Positions 1 through 11,641 of a stretch of DNA of 44,062 nucleotides are shown piece after piece; position 1 is the first letter of the stretch; every line of letters starts with the position of its first letter. Origin of the DNA: Collodictyon triciliatum (Eukaryota); contig JBHJMP010000846.1 in assembly GCA_043381765.1 (NCBI GenBank), positions 1-44,062 of the forward strand, written 5' to 3'. A program made the translations under genes and the position numbers. Under the pieces are notes generated by a model. It did no database searches, was not told the origin of the DNA, and worked only from the letters and a program-made list of their open reading frames with translations.

Positions 1-1
1 C

Positions 2-976
2 CCAACCACAGCCGTCCTGAACAACAAAGGAGAATGGCGCTCACGACGTCCCATCTCATACGGAGCACCGTCGCCATTTTTCTTTCGCCTGAAGAACCAA
101 AGGCGGTCCATTACACCTGACTCTCCACAATTCTCGATGGCCATGACATATTCCAAGCTATTTCGATATAAAATCATCAGTCCGAATCCTTACAGACCGG
201 AGAAAATGAGTCGTTGGGTCGAAACTATAGGCATTATAGACCCGCCGATAGTCAAAAGCTGGAAGCAAGCCCGTATACCTCAGCTACTCCCAAAACACCG
301 CGCCCTACTTCTCAATATCTCCAACAGAGAGCTGTGGATAGGTGCGCGCGTAGTCCATGCAGCAACGACCTCTCCAGAATGCACCACGTGCCATAGTGGA
401 GATGACTCTATCGAACACACATTTGTGAAGTGCTCTCTTGCTCGAAAAGTGACAGAATCTACCCACAAGATGCTCTCTGAGCTTGGTTATGCTCCCAACC
501 GTCTCAGCGCGTCTGACATCCTGTTTGGCGCACAATACCAAATGGCCCACGACTCCAGAATACTCTGGACAGTCACAAGGGGACATATGCTGTGGGCCTT
601 ATGGAGTGTGCGTGCATTCTCTCGCTCCGATGATTTACCCGAACGAGAAATCAATGTATACATGCTTGAGAGCCTCGTGCAATACAGCTTCCTGAACAGC
701 CTGCTGAAACACGCTCGCATTCTTCGCTACTCTGACCGCAAGCGAAGAGAGATATGGGAATGTGTCGTAAGATATCTCCCACAGCATACCCAACCACTGC
801 TACCTACACAGCCAATCAACCAGTTGGGTCGCCCACCCGACCAACTCGCTATCACAGACTTTTGTCCACTATTTTTTTTTTTTATTCTTCCTTTCAACTT
901 TTGTGCAGGACCGAGGGGGGATGTTGGCAGACTTTTTTCCACTATAGAAGGTCTGTGTATTGGAAATGTAACATGA
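2..976 (+). mobile_element. 3' end of non-LTR retrotransposon (L1/Tx1-like) ORF2, zf-RVT C-terminal region; 5'-partial
   Basis: Frame is open from base 2 through ORF 137..976. It carries a Cx2C...H-x4-C knuckle (ECTTCHSGDDSIEHTFVKCSLARKV) followed by ILFG...LWALWSVR, typical of L1/Tx1 ORF2 C-termini. The native stop appears displaced by the insertion at 873-927. Confidence 0.8.
855..945 (-). mobile_element. 55-bp 5'-truncated retroposon tail (873-927) with poly(A), flanked by an 18-bp TSD
   Basis: Direct repeats cagacttttgtccactat (855-872) and cagacttttttccactat (928-945), 1 mismatch. The insert on the minus strand reads ...tcctgcacaaaagttgaaaggaagaat(a)n and matches copies at ~17877 and ~31585. 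Confidence 0.75.
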
Positions 977-1748
977 AGATGTTTGACTGAGGCAATTATG
1001 ATTAATTTTTGCACTGAAATACGCTTGTGTTCCTTTAAGACTAAAAAAAGTCTTCTCCTTTTTCTTTTTATTTTGTTCTTCCCATCGTATTGGATACCCG
1101 CACCGTAGTGTCGGAATTTTTTTGAGAAAATGAGAGCGAGCTATATGAGCAAGTAAATCAGATATTAGATTCCCTCAAGAAATGTAGTGTAATATGAACG
1201 AGTTCCTGAGATGACTCTGATTAAATTACATTAAGGACGCAGTCCCATTTCGTCAGGTTGAAGCTGAACTCTTATAGTTGCTAGTAAATATGAGTAAAAC
1301 TGAATTAATGACGTGTATATTAACATATGTCATCCTAAATCTCTCTATGATTACATGTGGTCACAAGTGACGGTGGGTAGAAGGGAGCGGGGTTAAGTAA
1401 ATCAAATAAAATGGGTGAAATGGGGTGGGTAACCAACCTCATCGTATAAACTCAATTTGCTCAGTCCATCCGATACTGTGTACTCCATCCAATCAAAAGG
1501 CTTTTCGTGGCTTGTCCAGCAAGGAAGGCCAGTTATGCCTCTTGGAGCACGCCTCACGCTCATTTCACCTCCGCATTCTACGGAAAAAGAGCTTAACCAC
1601 TGGAGTGACGTAAACCAAGGGGCCAATTCCACAATCTAATCAAAATAGGATACAAAGTTAATTCTCCTCTGCAAAAAAAAAAGATAAGAAACCTTCCAGC
1701 TCCATTGGATAGTAAAAAAAAAAAAAAAAAACAATAAATTATGTGTAT

Positions 1749-4700
1749 CTAGGGGAATCCCAAGGATTCGACTAGATGATTTGATAGAAAATTTACCGGG
1801 TTTTTGTAAATAGCCAAAAAAGAAATGCTGCTGAGAAGAGATAGCTCGGATGGCAAGTTCGATATACAATTTTGACCGACATCTAGCCTCTCCAAATATT
1901 CCAGCCCAGAAACAGTAGGAGGGATTGTCGATATTTTGTTGTTACTTATAATCAAATTTCTCAAATACTTAAGACTTAGTAATTCAGAGGGGATATGAGA
2001 CACCTGGTTATCCGAAAGGTACAAGCTTGCTAAATTATTAAGTGATGATATGTTTGGAGGGATAATTGAGATATAATTTCCCCTCAATGACAAGTCCCTT
2101 ATATTCTTCATGCGAAGTATTTCAGAAGGTATCGAGGTGAACAAGTTTCCGTCCAGGAATAAAAGTCGCAAGTATCTAAGTCTAGTAATACTGTCGTTCA
2201 GGTCTTTCAATTTGTTATTCATGAGGCGCAAGTCGGATATTTTACTTAATTTCCCAATAGTGCTTGAAATAGAGTCAATTCGGTTATCAGAGACGTCCAA
2301 ATCTTGGAGATTAGTCAGCAGTGTTATGTCATCTGGCAGAGATGAAAGTAGATTTTTATTTGCACCCAGGCCAAGAGCACAGGGCATCGAATATACTAAA
2401 GTAGGTAACGATTTCATATTATTCCCATGGAACTCAAATCTGGACATCCCAATTAATGATGAATAGGATGATGAGATGTCCGATATCTTGTTGTCATTAA
2501 CAAACAACTCATACAACTTGGTGAGAGAAGAGATTCCTTCAGGAAGCTGCTCGATGTGATTTGATTGCACATCTAATATGCCTAAATTAGTTAGTTTGGA
2601 TATAGAATTGGGTATATAAGACAGTCTGTTGTTTTTAACGTTAATATGGCACAAGTAAGCCATAGTACTAATTTCTTCAGGAATAAAACTGAGGTTATTG
2701 TTGTTGATGATCAAAGACCAAAGATTAGTCATCAAGCTGATTGTCGGTGAGATATCTTGTATTTTGTTGTGTTGAAATTGAAACGCCTGAATATTTGATA
2801 AATGGTAGAATCCATCCGGAATATGAGATAGGTCGTTGTATGAAAAGTCGACTTTATCTAGTCCTGTTAAAAGGGATATCTCACTAGGAATATTTGTAAT
2901 ACAATTGAAACTGGCATTTAATTCCCGTAGATTGATTAATCTGGATATTGAATCTGATATCGTAGATATCATATTAGAACTTGCATTCATTGTTTGCATT
3001 CGGGTCAATAGGCTGATTCCACTCGGTATATGAGTTATGTTGTTCTCTGAAAAGTCAAAATAAACAGCTCGTCTCAGATTGAAATCGTACTTGTTTCTTT
3101 CATTCGGCAATTTTTCAACCTCAAGTAGCTCTCGACTTTTCATAAAGATGGCTGCAATTCTGGCAGGAATTTTGCTGGCTATTGAATCAGGAATAAGCAA
3201 GTCTCTTAGGTTTTTTAGTTCTGAGATATTATGTGATATGGACATTATTGGATTGTCCTTCAGTCGTAATTCACATAAATAAATCAGATTGGATATCGCG
3301 TCCGATATTTTACTGATACAATTTTTATCAAGATTCAACTTCAAAAGTCTTGTAAGTTGAAACAATCCATCGTCAATCTCGCATATTTGGTTTTCATTTA
3401 ATTCCAAGTAACAAAGTTTACTCAGACTTGAAATTCCTCTGGGAATAGCTGTTAGGCTACAACCGCATATAATGAGATTTTCAAGATGCAGAAGTCTTGA
3501 AAAAAGATTTTCAGGGTAATGTCTTACGTCAGCATCTTTCCATTTCAAGTAAATGAGATTCTCTAGCAAAGATATTCCTTGAGGAAATGACTGCCTGATG
3601 AACGAATTATCCATATTGGTGCATTCTGTTATGGGACGCCAGCAAGGATCAAAACGTGGTTGCAACTGCCTTAAGTCTTCCAAAAGTACATCTTCGTATG
3701 TGAATTTAGATAATCTCGCATCCGATATAGATACAGGGTTATTAGTTATATGCAATACTTTCAAGTTTGTCATAGTATTAATATCAAAAGGTATCGTCGA
3801 TATACAGTTATTCGAAACATCCAGGTGACTCAACTTTAACATTGAGGTAAACTCTACTGGTATGCAAGATAAATGGTTTCCACTTGCCTCTAAAATCTCT
3901 AGGTTAGTCAAGTTTGAGATATCTGATGGAATGACAGATATCTTATTTGATCTCACATCAAGATTTCTCAAATTTGTCAACAAAAAAATTTCTCTTACAA
4001 GCTGGGGTGTATAAGTGTCGACAATAGATAGTCTCTTTAGATTGCAGAGTAAAAAGATCAGAGGAGGTAGCAATCGCACTTCATGGTAAAGCATTTGAAA
4101 GGAAGAGCACCTTATTAAAGAAACCTCAGACGGAGTCCATTCAAAATAAAACCCAAGCGGTTCCTTCAATGTCTCTCTATTCCTCAAAGGACCAGAAAAT
4201 ACCTCTGGGTATGAAATAATCTGATTTCCTGTTGTCCCGACCTCCTTCAAGTTGATCAAAGACGAGAGTTCTGGAGGAATCGCTGTAATTTTGTTGTCTT
4301 CCAAGAGAAGAACTTCAAGATTGGTCAAGGAAGACATTTCAGGGGGCAGAAATGAAAGCTGGTTTCTGTCAAGGGCAAGCTCCAGTAACCCCGTCAAGTG
4401 GGATATCCCTGGAGGTATCACAGATATGTTATTTTCACTAAGGTGCAGCAAGTGAATATTTGGTAACCGGGATAACCATGCTTCCATTGAACCAATTCGG
4501 TTTGATTTTGCTGTTAGGATGCGCATCTCCTTGAGTAGATATATACCAAGGGGAATGTCATTCAAATTTTTATTGGATAAATTTAGGTGAGTGCAGCGTA
4601 TCAACGGCTCATTATCAGGTTTTTGAAGAAAGTCTAGATGTTGTACCGGAACAGACTCTATCTCATGTAGGAGCTTTCCTCGCTTAAAGGCCTCTGTGAT

Positions 4701-5024
4701 ATTTTCAGGTATATCTATTGTGCATTCTCCAGCCACAAGGAATATATGCAGCTGTGGAAAGTTTGGCAGACAGCGAGAGATCAGCGGTGCTTGCACTGGA
4801 TCCACGTACAGAGCAGTGATCCCTGCGAGCGAACTGATTGATGCTATTGAGGCTGGTAGCGTCATTCCTCTGAGGTCGAGCTCTTGGCAACCGTCCAGGA
4901 GCTTGTGAAGGCTCGGGCCGTTTCTGCAGCTGTCCTCCAGTAGATCATACGCCAATGCTCCAAGCCCCAAGTTGAGTGAACTTGCAGTATCCAGAGGGTC
5001 TCTCTGGCTCGTATTTGAATCCAT
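1749..5024 (-). CDS. Large leucine-rich-repeat protein (1091 aa, single exon)
   Basis: Dozens of LxxLxLxxNxIxxIPxxIxxL repeats across an uninterrupted ORF; no other domain recognised. Confidence 0.9.
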   Translation of the reverse strand: MDSNTSQRDPLDTASSLNLGLGALAYDLLEDSCRNGPSLHKLLDGCQELDLRGMTLPASIASISSLAGITALYVDPVQAPLISRCLPNFPQLHIFLVAGECTIDIPENITEAFKRGKLLHEIESVPVQHLDFLQKPDNEPLIRCTHLNLSNKNLNDIPLGIYLLKEMRILTAKSNRIGSMEAWLSRLPNIHLLHLSENNISVIPPGISHLTGLLELALDRNQLSFLPPEMSSLTNLEVLLLEDNKITAIPPELSSLINLKEVGTTGNQIISYPEVFSGPLRNRETLKEPLGFYFEWTPSEVSLIRCSSFQMLYHEVRLLPPLIFLLCNLKRLSIVDTYTPQLVREIFLLTNLRNLDVRSNKISVIPSDISNLTNLEILEASGNHLSCIPVEFTSMLKLSHLDVSNNCISTIPFDINTMTNLKVLHITNNPVSISDARLSKFTYEDVLLEDLRQLQPRFDPCWRPITECTNMDNSFIRQSFPQGISLLENLIYLKWKDADVRHYPENLFSRLLHLENLIICGCSLTAIPRGISSLSKLCYLELNENQICEIDDGLFQLTRLLKLNLDKNCISKISDAISNLIYLCELRLKDNPIMSISHNISELKNLRDLLIPDSIASKIPARIAAIFMKSRELLEVEKLPNERNKYDFNLRRAVYFDFSENNITHIPSGISLLTRMQTMNASSNMISTISDSISRLINLRELNASFNCITNIPSEISLLTGLDKVDFSYNDLSHIPDGFYHLSNIQAFQFQHNKIQDISPTISLMTNLWSLIINNNNLSFIPEEISTMAYLCHINVKNNRLSYIPNSISKLTNLGILDVQSNHIEQLPEGISSLTKLYELFVNDNKISDISSSYSSLIGMSRFEFHGNNMKSLPTLVYSMPCALGLGANKNLLSSLPDDITLLTNLQDLDVSDNRIDSISSTIGKLSKISDLRLMNNKLKDLNDSITRLRYLRLLFLDGNLFTSIPSEILRMKNIRDLSLRGNYISIIPPNISSLNNLASLYLSDNQVSHIPSELLSLKYLRNLIISNNKISTIPPTVSGLEYLERLDVGQNCISNLPSELSLLSSISFLAIYKNPVNFLSNHLVESLGFP

Positions 5025-5660
5025 CGACTAAATATCCCTCTTGGCCAAGATGTAGTAGCCTCGTCTGCTTTAGTCTCCACAGTGGTGCTTTCCAAGTCTT
5101 GTCCTGTCACGCCGCGGCTCATTATGTTAGTGGATTCATTTGATATAGAGACTGTAGTATGATAATCTACTGGTTCTAACCTCTGGCCTGCATTTAGCAA
5201 TGAGAACGCTAGCGTGCAAACGACATCATATACCCGCAACCCCCTTGCGTGTTGCTGCTTCTCTGTGTTAGTGTGGGTGGTATAGTCGACGCTTGCAGTC
5301 CAATGACATCACGGCGCCCATGGACTATATAGGAAAGTAAGTATTTATACCCCTTTTTTCCATATCCATTTGTGGATAATATATTTTATGCTGTTTGATA
5401 GACAGTAATTTAAGATGCTAGGACTATGTAATAAACAATATACACTTCATTTTTCTGATTTACACTTATTTAGAAAAATATGCAGGAATCGCCGCGGTGT
5501 AGTATGAATCTGTGCGTGTCGCATCGCCTTGTAGTTAGGGTCAGGAAAGGTTGGTGGGGCTGTCAGCTCGCTCGTTCACCTCATTTGTACGATTCTTTGT
5601 AGTGTCTGTGCAGCTGTGTAGGATTTTATTTGTGCGTCGGATGATTTCATCCAGTCCTAT

Positions 5661-8600
5661 TTAACCTGCCAAAGTAGCTGGTTTTCGGATGCTGGAGCCA
5701 ACCTCTGGCCCACGCCCACTTTTGTTGGTCAAGTCGTGGGCCTTAATCAGGTCTCCATAAGAGTGCAGAGTCACTGCAGGGTATAGAGTCATCATATCCA
5801 ATCCCAGGATGGGTATCTGTTTTGTGAGAGATGGTTCATCATCAATCACAAACTCGACATATTTATGTAGGGGCTTAGCGATGCATTCAATGGTCCGGAA
5901 GTGGTGCTTCTTCAATTTCGGGATGCTCATGTCCATGTGGATTGTATTTCTAAATAACCCAAGCCAAATATTAGGCAAAATGGAAGAATAACAAAGGGCG
6001 ATATAAGGAGGCACAAGGAGGCTACTTTTTTGTTTTCCTTTCTTTCTAAGGAAAATGAGCCGGAATCGGACTTTTCATAGAATTATACCTTTCTTTTTTT
6101 TCTTTTTTACTTTTACTCTTGTATTTGCTTCTTTTTTTTAAATAAATAAATCAATTAAATTAAATCATATAATCGATACACTGTTAAAACATCACTTACA
6201 CATGAAAACCTCCTCGGAATGTTGCTGTGGACTCGAATTCTTTCAAGTCAACGCAGACCGAGTCCTTCTCCCCGAGGTTTTGGTTGGGGTCATACGAACC
6301 AAGACATAGTCCAACCGAAACCCTATGAAATTCTCCGTATGATATGACTACAATTTTGAATCGATGAATCCCGGATAGAGCTTTCATTTTAACCTGGCTG
6401 ATAACAGAGTAGGGTGCCACCTCCATTTGATTGTTGTACAGTATACTCATATCGCCACCAATAATAATTTCACGATTGACAGGATGGGGAAAAAAGTAAG
6501 GATTTTTGGAGTAATAGAATGACCTTCTGCTCAACGCCAGGTCGCTCGTTGAAAAGGGGTTGCTCCCTTGCTTGTAAATGGCACGCATACAACATCCTGC
6601 ATCAAGTAAAAAAATGGGACGGAACTCGTCGTCTCCGATATCCATGGTCTGGAGGTTTTGATCAGCAGCCATAAATTGTCTTTTGGTTACTTGGACTATC
6701 TGGTGACTCAAAGTCATTATGTACCTTACAACAGGAGGCGGAAGGTTGTGACTGACGAGTTGCTGCGGCTGTTCACTACTAATGTCTGTCTCCAAAACTA
6801 TGTTTGTCGGCATTATTGGTGAATTTTGGCTATTGTAGCCATATGATTTCCTTGACGGACTAACCTCGACTCTTCCAACCATTATTTCAATATCGAGATA
6901 TCCAGGTTCCAGCTTTTCGTTAATGAACCATGTTGAGACATATTGTAAAGGCTTGGAAAAAGGGTTGTACAACACTATCTCATTTTCGTAGACGAAGCAG
7001 ACCACTGATTCACTTTTTGCAGTGATATATCTTTTTTCAGCGGGGCGTTGTCTATATGATGGATACTGCCTCTGGGAGGCAGCAGCGAGAGGACCGTTTT
7101 GCTCTTGATTTGGTGGAAGAGGAGCGGTATTTATCAATTCTAGATGTTTATAGGGAATTCACAGTTATAATTGCGTTTTGTGGGTCACGGTAGATGGTTT
7201 CAAATCTTTATAAACGTGACTCAATTTTTGTCAGGACTCTCTTTTTTTAAAAAAAGAAAAAAACCTTTTGGATTGAAATTATCTTCCTTCGCTGCATGGA
7301 GGGACTAATTAACGTATTGAATAAGTAAATATTGTTGTATATATGTATATTATATATGAAAGTAAAATATTGGTCGATGTGTTTGCTTTCTTGTACAACT
7401 ATTCATTCTTTTCACACCCTCTGTCAAAAAAAGAAGGAGAGAAAGAGAAAAGAAAATAAAAGAAAAGAAAAGACAAGATAAAGAGGGTACTTAACGTGAA
7501 TAGAATACAAGATTAATAAGATGAGCCAATTTAACTATAATAAATTACCTCATTCTCACAAGAGATTTGACGGTACATAAAGACGACGAGGTGATACATG
7601 TTGAAAATAGTGAGAACCCACGGGAGTGTGATATACCAGGCTAGATTATAATATAAAACCCAATTTACTGTCAGTAGAGTCTTCAATTTTCGGTAGAAAG
7701 TGTGTCCGGCTTTTGGACTCATCAGTTTTAATACAACTGATCGTAAAGCTCTCGTAAAAACACGATTTATAACCCAAACTATTGCCGCAGCGGCAAACGT
7801 AGGTAGGTCAAGCAATATCATCAGAGCGATTTGCTTCTTTGAGGCTCCAATATTCTTGTTGAAGACGAAAATACTCTTTGAGAAACCTCTCCAGTCTCCA
7901 CTGGCCAGCGTCTTAATCGAACGGTTAAAACTGCGCTCGTCTATGGGAAGAAAGTAACCACCAGCTCGAATGTCATAAGTTTTAGCCGACCAATGGAAAA
8001 TCTTACGAAGAAGAGGTCGGAATGGCTCCAAAAGATTAAGTGGCGCTGGTGGCGGCGTATTATCTACAGAATAAATTGTGTATGCAAACAATTTATTGTA
8101 CTGGTTCTCTGAGTTTGAACGGATATCTTCGTATGTGGCGCTTAGAATTGCAATTAAGAAATTTAACATCATAATTCCACATAAAATCAGAAACGTAAAT
8201 AAAATCAGAGGAGCCATGATGGGATCCACAGCCTGTATTGTCTCGAAATCTATGTTTCCAAAAAGAACCAACCAAATGGTGTAGAAAATATAACCGACAG
8301 CAGAATAATCTTGGAGAGCTGCACCAAATACACAATAAAAAGCAGACGCATAAGCAGCAAGTACAATGAACAGAAGAAGTAAAAATTTGAGAAGGTTAGA
8401 AGACATCTTAATGGCGATTATTTGCATAGGGCCAATAAATTTGAGCATTCCTACGAAATAGAGAATTCTAATCCACGAAACAAAGGACAAAACGGCCATA
8501 AAGTCTCCTATGATATACGATAATGTAAAGTTCGAGACCATCACTGGCAAAGAACCAGACTTCCAGTCGATTGTTTCGGTCGGGTATGACAACGCCAAAG

Positions 8601-11413
8601 AATAGCAACGAAGAGATATAATTGTTACGAGGAATATGATCATAACAAGGTCATATAAGTTCCACATATCGTCAAAGTATGAATTTGGCGCTATTCTGCG
8701 TTGTCTGATTTCGTGTGCTATGAACCCTATGCAATAAACCAGAATGATCCATTCAAGGATTGAAATGCTCTGCACAGTCGTCCATGCAAAAGGACTCTTT
8801 ACTGTTTGAATATAGGGAGATGCAATAATACCGGCAGTTGGTAAAAATTCAAACAATATTTTGACAAAAGAGATGCAATCAATATTGTCATTTGTAACAA
8901 AGAACTCCACAAAGACAGCTCTGGTGCTATTGTCGATGAAGTTATTTGCAATTAAATCAGGCACAGCTCTTTGAGCAAAATCCGGGTTGCGCGGTAAGTA
9001 GGTTACATGTCCGCTTCCAGGGTACCATGTGCCAATATCTCCTAATGTTGCGGAGGACTTTGTCTCGGAATCGCTGATCCATTTGTAGATGGCTCTGGGC
9101 CCAAATGGTTCCCTATCTTCGTCTTGACTTGTGTATGGGGGCTTGCATATCTCTGGGGGCTTTACAAAAGATGTGTTCTTTAATTGAGATCTATGTCGAG
9201 TAAACCTATTGCACAGTACTGACTTGACGCGAAGCTGCCTCACTCGAATATCGCCAAACATATTGAAATATGCCTGGTCGTAAATAAATTCTGGAGGCCC
9301 CACGCTTTGGTCCAATGGAATTGTGTATCCACTCAGATGGGTGGTTGACAGCTCCGCAAGAAATGTCCAAAAGTCGTCCACAGATGAAACAGAGTCCACA
9401 GAATACGTGTTTTGCAAGGTTTCGGTAAAGTAATAAATTGGTATACCTCTCGATGAATTTCTGGACGAAATGATTGTGCTCAAAACTAGTATATAGATCA
9501 AGTAAAAAGTAAAAGAAAGGTAAAATTTTGCACGGATAGAGTTGAAGTAATCTTTCGATTTGTATCTCAAAAAGTTCTTTAGACTAGAAAGGGTTTTCAT
9601 GAATGTTACATCCCAACTGGAGTACGTTTTATTCTCGTGCACAAGATATTGCTTAAAGCTACTGTCATTTGTCCACTTTCGCCCGAGAAATTTTTGAATC
9701 GTATGGCAACTGAGGAATGACAATGCGTCATATTTAATAGCCAGCCCCACGTACTTGAGGATTTCGGAGTCATGCTCGAGGCTAATTTCAGAGTCTGTAA
9801 TTTGCCGGACTGCATATCTTTCAAAATCATCTGAAAATCCGGAGTTGAAAATGTCAGATTTTTTTAATTCATATGACAAATGAAGAGCTTTTTCGACTTT
9901 GTCAAGATTCTTGTTTGACAAATGTTTTTCAAAGGCAGAAAGAAGGACAGCACTCTCATTGTCATTGGGAATAATCTTTAGGGTCAACCGACAAGAACAA
10001 ACGGAGGCACTGATGGCTGTGATATCGAAGAAAGGAGGAGGGGTTGGGAAATTAATTGGTTAGAAAAATATAGATCAAACGAAAATCACACAACATCAAT
10101 AATGGGTGATATTGCATCTAAAATCGAATGGATAAATGTGCATATATGTTTATTTATCCTGAATATAATATGAAGTGCATAGTATAACGGATATTAAACA
10201 TACGTATAGAGTCATCAGTTATGTCGCCCTTTCTTTGATAGTCATAGTCACTAAATTCGTTCATGGATAAGTCGAGAGTAAGAAGGTCTTTCAAATCGGA
10301 AATCTGGCTGGGGATTTGGGAAATCTTGTTTCCGGCCAATGATAGAACCTCCAGAGAAGTAAATGCAAATACCGGTATAGGGATGGAGGATAGCCTGTTC
10401 GAATCCATATTGAAGTACTTTAGATGAGATAGTCTTGTTAGCTCGATAGGTAAATCGGTAATCTCGTTTTGGAATGCTACGATTTTTGTTAGCCTGTTCA
10501 TAGATGCGATGGCAGCAGGAAACTCTTGTAAGTAATTTAGAGATATGTTCAAATCCAATAAATTGGAAAACGCTATATAGCCCCCAGTAGAGAATAATTT
10601 CTCGGCATTTAGATTGTTTTGGGCCAAATCAATCTCGAGAACGAACGGAACGTTCGACAGATGTGCTGGGATAGAAGTGAGGCTACACTCCTGCAGAGAT
10701 ATAGATTGAATATTTGTCAAAGAGCTGACCCACTCTGGCAAGATGAGATCCGGCCTTTTGTTCAAAGATATCCTCCTGAATGGGATGATTTGGCCGAGAA
10801 CAACAGGGAGGGATGTGTATTGAGGGGACGTCTCAAGGTTGATGGACTGGTCAGTGAAGCTGTACATCTCATATGCTTTGTACTCGTCCTCTGTGAAGCA
10901 ATTGCTTTCAAGGACCAAAGAGGATAGGTTGGTCAAGTTGGAGAGTGTTGCTGGCAAAGAGGACAGCCTGTTTTGAAACAGAAGCAGTTTGTTCAAGGAT
11001 ACCATGCAGCCTATTTCAGGTGGGAGAGAGGAAATTTCATTTGCTGGCGCATTCAGCTCCTCGAGTAGCCGAAGTGTCGAGATACCTGGTGGCAAACCTT
11101 TGAGCTTGTTCATCCCCAGAAAGAGTGATTGAAGGTTGGTCAGAAGCGAGATTTCATCCGGGAGTGATTGCAACTGATTGTTTTCCAGGCTAAGGCTCAT
11201 TATCTGAGTGTATTGGAAAAGGCTCTCTGGTATTGTGACCCAATGCTGCCCGACATATGACAACTCCTTTGCTGATTGGAGCTTGTTGTGCGTCTGGATA
11301 AGTCGTGGGTCATGCTGAGCAACACGATTCGTGGGCTGTCCGACACTCTTGCGCTGTGGACGACTGGGCCCCGGATTCGCTGCCCCGCCTGTCTCCTCGT
11401 TGCTCTCGGCCAT
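5661..11413 (-). CDS. LRR - polycystin/TRP cation channel - SPRY fusion protein; 5 exons (11413-10204, 10016-7549, 7304-7265, 7139-6200, 5949-5661), 1648 aa
   Basis: All four introns are GT..AG with matching phases, and the exons sum to 4947 nt = 1649 codons. Exon 1 is LRR. Exon 2 has the PKD2-like extracellular domain (IRVRQLRVK...EDREPFGP...TRAVFVEF...FEFLPTAG) and a six-TM channel ending NFLIAIL. Exons 4-5 are SPRY-like (FKIVVIS..RVSVGL...LG; LYPAVTLHSYGD). Confidence 0.75.
7549..10016 (-). CDS. Exon encoding the polycystin (TRPP/PKD2-like) channel domain
   Basis: ORF 7531..9987, extendable to the acceptor at 10017/10016; clear PKD2 extracellular-domain motifs plus S1-S6 hydrophobic segments. 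Confidence 0.9.
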
Positions 11414-11560
11414 AGGCAGAGTTCCTCGCTCCAAGAGACCGATCAGTAGAGTGCAAGTTCGCTTGTAACTTTTGCGGCTTCTGGCTTGATTGCTGTGTTT
11501 GAGGAACATGAGTATAAGAGTGACTGATCGTTGGATGGAGGGCTGGAAACGGGGGGGAAG

Positions 11561-11571
11561 GAAAGAAAGAG

Positions 11572-11638
<67 letters not shown>

Positions 11639-11641
11639 GAA
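11561..11641. repeat. (GAAA)n microsatellite
   Basis: Directly visible; upstream of the MAESNEE start at 11413. Confidence 0.95.

Noticed and set aside
5281-5330. Short inverted repeat TATAGTC...GACTATA; possible tRNA or hairpin
   Set aside because: Only 7-bp arms, no cloverleaf or A/B boxes; no convincing tRNA found in the window.
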